Source of the DNA: Macrostomum lignano
Lineage: Eukaryota
Direction: 5' to 3'
Length of the DNA stretch: 64,000 nucleotides
NCBI GenBank assembly: GCA_002269645.1
Contig: NIVC01002585.1
Coordinates: 17,279-81,278, forward strand
The notes under the pieces are model-generated. The model saw nothing but the letters and a program-made list of their open reading frames with translations. It was not told where the DNA came from and did not search any database. Both the position numbers and the translations under genes were made by a program. Positions 54,501 to 64,000 of the stretch are shown here, piece after piece (position 1 is the first letter of the stretch; each line of letters opens with the position of its first letter).

Positions 54501-57500
54501 TGCAGCCAAGCAACAATCGAATCCACGCGCTAGTCGAGTCCAGCTTCCAATCGTTGAGCATCAGCAAGGCCTCCCCAGTTTGGCTAGCCTACGTTCGTGT
54601 TATCAATGAAGACATCGTGTTCGCCCAGCTCAAAGAGTCGGTCATGACTAGCCTGGACAACATGGCCAACTGCCTGGCGCTAGCGGGGCTCACCGGGCCG
54701 CACAACCCAACTGCGCCGATCCTGACTGTCAGACTTGACCTGGTCCAGTGCCGCATCAGCTTCAGACCGCCATTGGACGAGTTCAGCTACGAGAGCAGCG
54801 TCACAGAGATGGCTCAGAGCTGGATTACTGACTTCCTGAGTCGAGCTGGTCTCCTAACAAACTTACTGGCCGATCTGCCAGAAAACGATGATCAACTAAC
54901 TAAGGAGGAGCGAGCGCCGTTCCTAGACAAGATCCTAGCCGATGTCGAAGTTACCGACGCTCGCGCTAAGATTCTCGAAGCGGTGGTGAATAACTCCGCC
55001 AACTGCATCGAGTACGTGGAGTACCTGAACGACTATCGCTACCTATGGGTGCCGGATATCGCTGAAACCTTTCAACAGTTCCTTCAGGGTCGAGCATCGC
55101 CAAACCCGGCTCGAACGCCTAGTCGATCGATGCAAAACGCCTCGTCGACGGTATTTCAGACGTCCAGATCGAGGCCGAGCTCAGTGAGATCGCGTTTGAC
55201 TGCCCAGCAGGAGGAGAACATGGACGCCGAAGCTGGAGGCGGCGAGCTCTCGCTTGGCGAGCGAGCCTTCCTGACGCCGAAATCGTCTGGCCAAGCTGGC
55301 ACTTGTGTGCCGTCGCTAGCCGAATTCCAGGACGAAATCGAACTCTACCTGGAGGCTAGACAGGAAATCCAGGAGATGCCAGATAGCAGCAATCAGGTAA
55401 AGTTCTGTTGCGATGTTAATTTACGAGTATTATCCAGGATTATCCTATCTAAAACTTTCACGTGCTTCTCTACTTTTTCACCCTGCAGGGTTGGCTACTA
55501 ATCAACATGCGGCCGTTGAAGCAAGTGCTGATTACACTAGCCAATAAATGGGTGTACCAATTCACGTCTTACCTGACTGAGCAGGTGCTTGTAACACTAC
55601 GCGAGTTGGACGAATTTCTGCAAAAAATCGAGCCTCAGATTGAAAGGATCAGTGGCCAGGAGAAGGACACTTACAGCTTCATGCGGCTGATGCGGCTGTT
55701 CAATGAAATTTCATCCAAGCAGGTGGAAATGGACGCCAGATTTGACGTTATGCGACGAACTATTCGACTATTAGACACGTACGAATGCGAGCTGCCGGAG
55801 GAGATTCGCGATCCAGACGGTCTCGTGAGCGTTCATCGCTGGCAACAGTTGAAGAACAAAGTCATCTCCGCCAAGCAGAAGCTCGGCCCCAGAATTCACA
55901 ACGAGCGAAAAACTATCGAGACTGATTTGGTCAACTTCCAGTCCAACGTGCAGTCGCTGTCGGACGATCTGTTCGAGTCGAACGTCTTCAACTATTCCTG
56001 CCTGCTGTCAAAAGTTCAGGAGTTGCTCGCTGACTTCTCGCGCACTCTGCGCGACGTTGAAGAAGAGGCTCAGGATCTTCGAGAGGTGCAAACTCTTCTC
56101 GGTAGTGACGTCATCGAGTTCGAAATGATTACCGAGTGTCGGGAAACGCTGGACAATTTGAAGATGACCTGGGAAACGGTCCGATTGCTGCTCTCCGAGC
56201 AGGCTGACTGGAAAAAGCTCCGATGGAAGCGGCTGAGTCCATCGCAGCTGATCGAGGCCTGCTGCACCCAACTGGCAAGGTTAGAACGGCTGCCGAACCA
56301 GTGCCACGACTGGGACGTATTCGAGGGAATCTGCGGCGAGATCGCGGCAATCAAACGTGTGCTGGAACTCATCGACCAGCTGAAAGATCCGGCTATGAAG
56401 CCGCGGCACTGGAAGCAGCTGGTTCGGCTGACTGGCGGTGTGATCCAGATCAACTCCGAGTCACTCGAGGTCATGACGCTTGGAGAACTGCTCAAATTGG
56501 GACTGCAAAGTGAGTAAATTGCCAGTAACAGTTCTCTATCTGCGCGCTTGTATGTGCTCAGTAGTCAGTGAAATGGACAGAATTGCATCACAGCTGGCTG
56601 CACCAGGGTGGCAAGAACCCTACTGCGAATATTTATGCTTCACTAAAAAGTTATCCCCAAATTTCAGACAATGCGGATCACGTGACATCGATTGTGAAAC
56701 GAGCGAAAAGTGACAAGGAGATCGAGGAGGCGATCAAAAACTTTGACAACCTGTGGATGAGCAAGGTGTTCGACTTGAAGCTGCACTACATGACGCCGGT
56801 CGGCGAAAGCTCAGAAGACGCCGACGGAAGAGGGCCGAATGTAAGCCTGGACCACTGGGGAATTAGTGCTAGATTCAAAACGAGAAACTGCCATCTCGCT
56901 TCACTTTTGCTTTATGACTTGAGTAACTATAGTAACTTGTTATTGAAAAAGTCAGAAAAGGGAACAAAACCTTAGTTTATGTACAAAGACTCTTTCCACA
57001 ACACGTCTTGTATCTGAGCTACATGTAGCTTTCTGTAAGTTGTCTTTTTTCTTTGGATAGTTTATATTTGATCAGTCACAACCTTCATTGTTTTTGTTTA
57101 ACTCTAAAAGCTTAATTTCAGACACTTACATAGCTACCATTCACTTCTGCTATGCTCTATTTCTATTTCAGATGACAGTAGCCTCAATTGAGCCACACGT
57201 TTCGAGACGAAAGCTTAGACAAGTAATCAGACAAGGAAAAAGATTAATTTTGCTCGTAAACTGATTGATTAATAGAAGGAGATAAAAATTTGTAAAGCAT
57301 ATTTTAATAGCAAAATGTTCCACAACTTGTCCTTAGTGAATTGCCACACTTTTCAGCGTTGTACAATCCATTTGTTACTAATCAGATCTGAAGAAAATCT
57401 GAAGCAAATGATGGTCCCGCTCTCAACTAACTAAATGTAATACGAGTAAATCAGTAGTGATATTGTCAATCTTTACTTTGTGTACACTCTAGAATTCGCC

Positions 57501-60500
57501 TGTAACCCTTTTACCGAGAAAAAAACTCATCAAAACTATTGTTTATAGTGTATTTCACGTATCCTGTATTGTGAATTTTTGTTTTATTCGTCGTGAAACT
57601 AACTCAGAAACGTATTAATTGCATATTAATCAAATTTAAATCGCATAAAAATATTATAATCTATTCCTCGAATCCGCAGGGCTCAGGTGCCGGTTCGGCC
57701 AGACGAACTTCGATCAGCCGGATGTCCGGTCGCAGTGCCGGCATGCAGAGCATCGCCTCGCTCCCAAGCAGCCTCATTGGTGTCGAGATGGAATCCGATA
57801 CTCAGATCTACTTGTTGGACAACACCGACAAAGTGTTCGCTGAGCTGGCTGAGCACCAGGCCTCGCTGGCTGAAATGCTGGCCAGCTCAACTGCTGGAAG
57901 CTACGTAGATGACATTGGTAAATGGCAGAGAACTTTGCAGCACATTGAGACAGTGCTCATCCTGTGGCTGCGCGTGCAAGACAAGTGGTTACAGATGCAG
58001 AACATCTACGAGTCGGAGAAGGCATTCTCTGCTCTGCCTGAGTACGCCAAATTTCAAATTGCTAGCGCCGATTTTAAACGGCTGATGCAGGCGACTAAGA
58101 AGAATCAGAATTTATTGCAATGCTGCAATCGGAAGTGTAAGTAGAACATGAGCTTATGATGCAGAATTTCTTTACCGTCTTGTGTAGATTGTCTTTATGA
58201 AATTAGCATTGTTACCCCGGTCACTTGGCTGCTTCTGTCATTGTCGGTTCCTTTGCAGCATATTACCAACATCATCGCCCCCATCCCGATATCGATACCT
58301 GTGTCAAATCGGCACCTTACCAATGTTTCCTTTAGTCCAATGCTCCGGGTATCGGTACCTCTGTCCCGTCATCATGTACCGATCGATACCTCTGTCACAC
58401 TGACATTTCTGGGACAAACCTCTATCTAGCAGAAAACGAATGCCTCGCTGACTACCTCAACCTGTCACCTTCAACAGACATCGTGCCAATCCTCGACCGC
58501 ATGGACAGCCTGCTTCGCAAGTGCCGGGAAGAGCTGGTATCCTATCTAGACGGCCAGATACGCGCCAAGTTTCCTCGGTTCAACTTCCTGTCAGCCGAGG
58601 ATCTGTTCCTGGTGTACGGCAGTTGCCACGACGCGGAGCTGTTAAACCGTCACATTGGCAAACTGTTCGAGAACGTCGGCGAGCTGGTGTTCACCAGACA
58701 GAGGACAATCCGGCCGTCTGCGAGGTGACTGGGATTCGCAGCCGACTTGGCGAAGAACTGCCGCTGACCAGCCCAGTAGTCTGCCGCGGCCTCGACTGCA
58801 GTTGGCTTGGCGATCTACTGGAGGCGATTCGAGCGCCCTCAAAACGCAACTCGCCGCTACTTTCGGTGAGGCGGCGAAGTCACCCGACGCAGACGAATAT
58901 GAAAATTTCGAGACGAAGCAACAGCACAATGACGAGCCGACACCAGAAGAAGAAGAAGAAGAGAATGAAGTCGTTGAAGGAAGCAAAAAAGAAGTTAATT
59001 CGAGGCCTCAGTCACAGTCGCAGTCAGCTTATCAGAAGCAGCAGCAAGAAAAGCAGCAGCAGCTTCAGTCCATTCTAAAGCGTCGGTTGCCGAAGAACGA
59101 CAGGGAGGCGCTAGCAATGATGGCTGGTGAGCCGATCAGTTCCGTGTTTAACGACGCGCTGGAAAGACTGGAAGCCCCCAAGGGAAATAAGCAGCAGCAG
59201 CAGCAGCAAGATGAGGCTTCGGAAAAGCTTGAGTTGTCAGCAAGCCAGCTGCTGGACAGCGTAGCGGAAGTGTGCCACCTGCGAGCTCAGATTGACTTTT
59301 CAACTCAAGTCGATCAAGCTGCCTACGCCAGCGATGGCTGGAAGGAACAGCTCGGCAAGGTTCGATCTGGCCTGCGAGGAAGCCAGGACCTCTGTCGACG
59401 CTTGCTTATACTTTTCGACAGAATTATCGCTGAAGCCGAGTCCATCAAAGCTAAGGAGCGAGCAGCAGCAGCTGAGGCGGCGGCCATCTCGAGAGCCGCG
59501 TCAAAAAAAGCCGTCCGATTGAGGCAGCCGCGCGATGAAGGCGAGAAGAGAACGATGCCGATTCGGACGACGATGAGGAATATATGGATCTGGAGGATGA
59601 GGCCGCGGAGGACCGCAGTCTGGCGGACACCATTCGAGAGAGAGCCGCAAGTGCAGCGACACCAGCGGCTTCAGGCGCAGCTGCTCACGCAGAGCCCGAT
59701 GCTGACGAACAACAGAAGAAGGCAATGAAGCCGCAAAGACGACGCGGAGAAGCCAGCATCTGGCGATGATGATGAGACAGGTGAACCAATCGAAGGACAA
59801 GGCGATGAAGAGAAGCCAGAAGACAACGAATCAGCAGCTCAGGAGCCTGCTGCAGAAACCATCGACGAAGTGAATCAATTTGACTTCAGCGACACAGCCC
59901 GTAGAAGATCCGATGGTGAAGATTCGAGCTAATGCCAGGCTATTGCTAGTTCCGGCACAGCAGGCTAAGCTGCGCCAGCTCATTCTCCTGTTTGGCTACC
60001 AGATTGCCCTTATTGACGCGTGGACCGGGCAGGAGAAAGATGGACATGAAGAACGCAGATGAGGTAACATGCTATAGTATTTTAGTCATGAGTTTACTTA
60101 GACAGTACAGAAAAGTTCATAAGGTTATAAATTACGTTTTCCACAGGCACCAGACACTGAAAACAGCGGCAGTGAGGCAGACGTGCGGCAGCGCTTCCTA
60201 GACCAGTGGGCCGGCGAGTTGCGCTACACCCGGTCCTCCGAAGACGGCTCAGTGCAGTTGCACTGTTGCGGACAAAGTCTCTCCTACGGCTGGGAGTACA
60301 TCGGTTCAGCTGAGCGCTGTCCTCAGAGCACTAATGTGGCGGGCAATCTGATCTATAATACTAAGCATCGATTCCCAACGCTCTGCCATTCGGACAATAG
60401 TGACAGTGGAAGCTCTGGGGGTAGCATGGAATTGTTCGCGGCATTGTGGAATCTCGCTGTGGCTGCCGGACGTCCGCTCTACTGCGTCGCCTGCTCACCG

Positions 60501-63500
60501 GAGCTGCCAGACCTCAGTCTTGAGTACGCTTTTGAAGGCTTAACTACAGCGGACGGCATCTGGTTGTGCCTTCGTTCGGTGGACTCTCTCTGTCTGGAGT
60601 CGGCGAACAAGCTGGCTCGCTTGCTGACACAAGTTAATGTCGCTCCGGCGGCTGCGTCTCAAGCGCCCAAAGACTCAGTAGATGACGGAGAGGACGCTCC
60701 TTCAAAGCAGCAACAGCAAGACGATGAGCAAGAAGCAGTCATGACAGAGAACAGCGCATGTTTCTGCACTTTGGGAGGTAACACCCGGTCTCAGAAGCGA
60801 CATAGCGATACTGTACCGTTCGCTGTGAGACCCATCGAATTTGAAGATTTTGCAGCCGCTCTGCCTATTTCGCTGCTCACTCGACTTGTGCCTCTGCGCA
60901 TCACGGAACCGAGTGTCTTCACCCAACGCGCTCAGGCTGAAGCTAAACTAGACTTAATTGGTTTTAAGCATCCTAAACTACTGGCTGATAGACTTGTGGA
61001 CTTTTTGGCTAGTTACAGAAGCATTTGCGACCGTCTGGAAGACTCCTTCGGTAAGTGACAGGGCTTAATCAGTGCAATGCGCGTAACAATTGATGTAGAC
61101 TGATTGAAGTAAAATTATATTCGAAATCTAGTACTCAAAGAAAAAATTCATTAATAAATTGAAATTTCAGCTGATCGCGACCGGGAGTTCCGCACACTAC
61201 AGTTCCTCAGCCAAGTCGTGGATGCGGCGGAGCGGCACTATCCGAGGCAGGTGGAGTTGCACCTCAACAAAATCAACGTTCACATGCACAATCAGTTTGT
61301 GACAAACCAGCGCATGCGAACGGAGATGAGCAGCCTGATGGCTCAGTCGGAGCCACGCCCCGAGCCCCTGACTAAACTACCAGAGGATGTTTTGCCAGAA
61401 GTTCAAAGCCACAGTCTACTGCTCGGCCTGCGGGACCTGCTAGCGCCTGCATTTCGACGCCAGTCTGAGGGTCAGCTTTTTGAGCAGCTGGCCGTTGAGT
61501 TATTCCCCGGCTGCCCTCCGAGCTTAGACTTTCGCGAGGCTAACAGTGCTGAAGAGCGCTTTGAGACGCCCAAGTCAGAAGATGGAGCAGATGCAAAGCC
61601 GCCAGCTACGGCTGCGTCTACCACCGCTGGTGCGAAGAGAACGCCCGAAAGTGCTGCAGTCGAAACGACACCTCTAAGCCTGGTGGCGGCTCTCGATCAT
61701 GTGTTGAACGGGGACCGTTTCATCAACAGCGTCCCTTTCGAGTGCAGCTTGACAAAGCTTTACAACATGGCGGAACACTCAAACGCCGTTGCCATCGTTG
61801 GACCAAGCGGCGTTGGCAAGACAACAGTATTCCGCGCTTACGAGCGCCTAATGCAGCTAATGCAAGTGCCGATGCAAGTACAGTGTCTCTATCCGGGTGC
61901 TCTCTCAGCCGAAGAGCTCGTTGGAGCATTTGAAAAAGGCCGATGGCAACCTAGTGTGCTAGGGGCACTTTTGAGTCAGTTTACGTCATGCTCAACTGAC
62001 GAAACTAGTAGCAACGATTCTACTCGGCGCAATTTGCTGCGACTTGACGGTACCTGCAGCGCAGCCCAGTGGGAAGTTATCCAGAGCCTGTTAGATAAAC
62101 CAAACTTCATCACACTTCTTAGTGGTCAGAAGCTTATCTTTCCAGAGCCTATTCGCGTCGTCTGGGAGATGGAAACTCTAGAGGACTGCAGTCCAGGCCT
62201 GGCCTCGAGAGTGCAACTCATGTTCGTCGGTCCGATTCCTCCCCGGTGCCACCGTTTCTAACGCGCTGGCTGGAGGATCGTCCTGGCGATGAGTCGTTGA
62301 GCTTGATGACTGTGTTTGACAAGTATTTGCCGAAACTGCACGGGTTCGTCACCGAGGCCATGAAGCAGCCAACGCTGGGACGGCCGATGGGAGGACTACC
62401 AAGGCTTGAGCGACTTATCAACCAATCGTACGAGAGTTCGTTGCGTACAACACAACGGCTGTTGGAAAGTCTCATCAATTCAGCTTCGCTGCATCAACTG
62501 CGCGACGAAGACTATGAGCAGCTGGTCGTGTTTGCCGCTGTGTGGGGCTTCGGCGCCAATTTAACTCAAGATAGTCAGCGAAAAATGAGCGAATGGTGGC
62601 GAGCTACGTTTGAAAACGAGAGAATACCGCAGCAAGGCTCAATATTCGAATACTACTTGGATGTGGATCGGCTAGAGTGGCAGCCCTGGCAAGAGCTGAT
62701 ACCTATGTATCAGGGCACCATCAATTCCGGCATTCCAACGCACGCTTTTGTCCAGACACCGTCTAGTCAGGCGGTGAGTTACTGTCTGAGCCTCCTGTCT
62801 GACTTGGGCACCCCGGTGCTGCTGGTTGGGCCTCGCGGCTGCGGCAAGTCGGCCATTGTCGGCGAGCGCATCCGTACCGTCTGCAGCAGTGAAGTGTCCG
62901 AAATTCTGAACGTCAGCGTGTACGCGAACCGTTACACAAATGCTCGCCTCATTACCGAGAGGCTCGACGAGAAGCTCGAATGGAAGGACGGCAAGCTGTA
63001 TGTACCTCTCGGCGGCAAGCGACTCATGTGCTTTGTTGACGATCTTAATCTAGCCGCCACAGACGATGCGGGACGTCAGACTTCCAGTGAACTGCTTCGT
63101 CAGCTCATCGACGAAGGCGGGCACCATTTTGCAGCAACACAATCCTGGCGAACATTGAAGTCGCTGCACTTCATCGCCGCACTCAACCCAGGCATAGCCG
63201 GCGGCGCCACTGTCAAGCAGCGATTTGTGAATCATTTCAGCGTGCTGGCGGTCAATTACCCCAGCCAAGCTGAGCAGTGCCGCTTGTTCTCCACGATGAT
63301 AATGGCGCACTTCTTTCAGCACAATGAGACGGCGCTATCGCCCGAGGAGATTCGCGTCATGCACAGCTACGGGCCAGATCGATCGGTTCGATCGCTGCTG
63401 GATCAACTGGTTCGGGTTACAGTGGATTTGCAGGTAAATTCGGGTATAGTTGATTTTTAATTCGAGGGTTTTAAGAATTTACTGAATCGAAAATTTGATG

Positions 63501-63933
63501 TTCTGCATCAGTTTATGATACAAATTTCGAGCACTAAAAGTCTGAAATAGGATAGCAAACATACCTGAAAGTAATTAATTCGTTCTTTTTGAAAAGAAAT
63601 GTTGATGAAACATTCTAAAGTTTATTGCGCAAGTTCCTTTAATTGCTGCAAAAATAACATTACGTAATTTTCTTTCGACAGGAGAACCTCCGTTCGATGT
63701 TCCTACCAACGGCTCGTCGCAGTCACTACGTGTTCTCGCTGCGAACTCTGAGCACCGTTTTCCGCAACCTCTGCCAATCGTTGAACAGCGACGTGCAGAA
63801 AAAGCCACTTCTGCAATTGTGGCGCAACGAATGCGACTGGGTGTTCGCCGAACGCATGGTTGACTACGTCGACAAGGATCGGTACAGGCGAGCCTTTGCC
63901 AACGCCGTGAAGAAACAGTTTGCGGAGGAATAC
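45570..63933 (+). CDS. Axonemal dynein heavy chain-like protein (outer-arm beta/DNAH9-11-17-like tail), 5' part through AAA3; AAA1 degenerate; several frameshifts; continues off the right edge
   Basis: Exons: 45570-45670, 45769-45932, 46588-46970, 47485-47868, 48780-49000, 50130-50171, 50638-51061, 53094-53213, 53435-54244, 54419-55396, 55489-56509, 56668-56840, 57680-58136, 58478-60063, 60147-61050, 61171-63433, 63682-63933. Motifs GPLAEIEIWRDR (DHC_N1), GWLLINMRPLKQ, MKPRHWKQL, WLRVQDKWLQMQNIY, FPRFNFLSAEDL (DHC_N2), LSYGWEYIG, GPSGVGKT (AAA2), GPRGCGKS and CFVDDLN (AAA3), FLPTARRSHYVFSLR. Confidence 0.9.
46052..46455. repeat. 20-bp minisatellite (GTGGGCGTCCCTGTCTCTTG)n, dynein intron 2
   Basis: Directly visible. 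Flanks resemble decayed MITE ends (CAGAGGG...AGAGGGG / CCCCTCTATCGCTG). Confidence 0.93.
47990..48735. repeat. Degenerate ~11-23-bp AAGGGAATCC/AAGGGGAATCTCT repeat, dynein intron
   Basis: Directly visible. Confidence 0.9.
49115..50032. repeat. 26-bp minisatellite (CTCATAGACTAATCTCATGCTTGACG)n, dynein intron
   Basis: Directly visible, about 35 units. Confidence 0.96.
51131..51908. mobile_element. Older hAT-type MITE of the same TIR family as 5633-6863, filled by a 15-bp (GCGCCTCTGGTGCTG)n array (51177-51838)
   Basis: Left CAGGTGCTTAGTCAG (12/15 to CAGGGGCGTAGCCAG), right ATGGCTACGCCCTTG. Flanking 8-mers AGTTGGGA / CATTGGAA (5/8). The array itself is certain; the MITE frame is less so. Confidence 0.65.
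52716..52785 (+). mobile_element. Degenerate SINE head / tRNA-like fragment, dynein intron
   Basis: CACTTGAAGGTCGGGGGTTCGATTCCCG matches the SINE head B-box region. The A-box side is degraded. Confidence 0.55.
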
Positions 63934-64000
63934 GTAAGCAATCTTACGCGTTTATATACGGATTTTTTTATTTGCGCATTTACCAGTTGTGCAGAGCAGC

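Noticed and set aside
57160-57230. Extra small dynein exon after a CTATTTCAG acceptor
   Set aside because: It hits a stop quickly, and exons 56840 and 57680 join in phase without it.
58690-60063. Programmed ribosomal frameshifting or recoding in dynein
   Set aside because: There are many shifts, no shared slippery heptamer or downstream structure is visible, and simple base loss explains them better.

Overview
Eukaryotic (metazoan) genomic DNA, not prokaryotic: GC-rich exons with GT-AG introns, most long introns loaded with their own 9-30 bp minisatellite. The style suggests a free-living flatworm such as Macrostomum (inference only). Host genes: an ANKAR-like ankyrin/armadillo gene (minus, runs off the left edge); an uncharacterised two-exon gene (plus, ~17.8-20.1 kb); a complete 5-exon, highly divergent SLC6/NSS-like transporter (minus); a complete 6-exon saccharopine-dehydrogenase-like gene SCCPDH (minus); and, head-to-head with it, a large axonemal dynein heavy-chain gene (plus, runs off the right edge). 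The dynein's AAA1 catalytic motifs are lost while the AAA2/AAA3 P-loops are kept, and its 3' part carries several frameshifts. Mobile DNA: an apparently intact 6.6-kb CMC/EnSpm (CACTA-like) transposon with TIRs, a TA TSD, an intronless 766-aa transposase and a six-exon accessory gene (BEN-like C-terminus) that the ORF track does not show. Also present: a decayed FLYWCH-MULE, a decayed RNase H-containing R1/LOA-like LINE, tRNA-headed CORE-like SINEs, and hAT-type MITEs, some with interiors expanded into minisatellites. Most interesting: the two-gene EnSpm element, the AAA1-dead dynein, the degenerate SLC6 and the MITE-borne minisatellites. All family calls come from motif recognition by eye; no searches were run.
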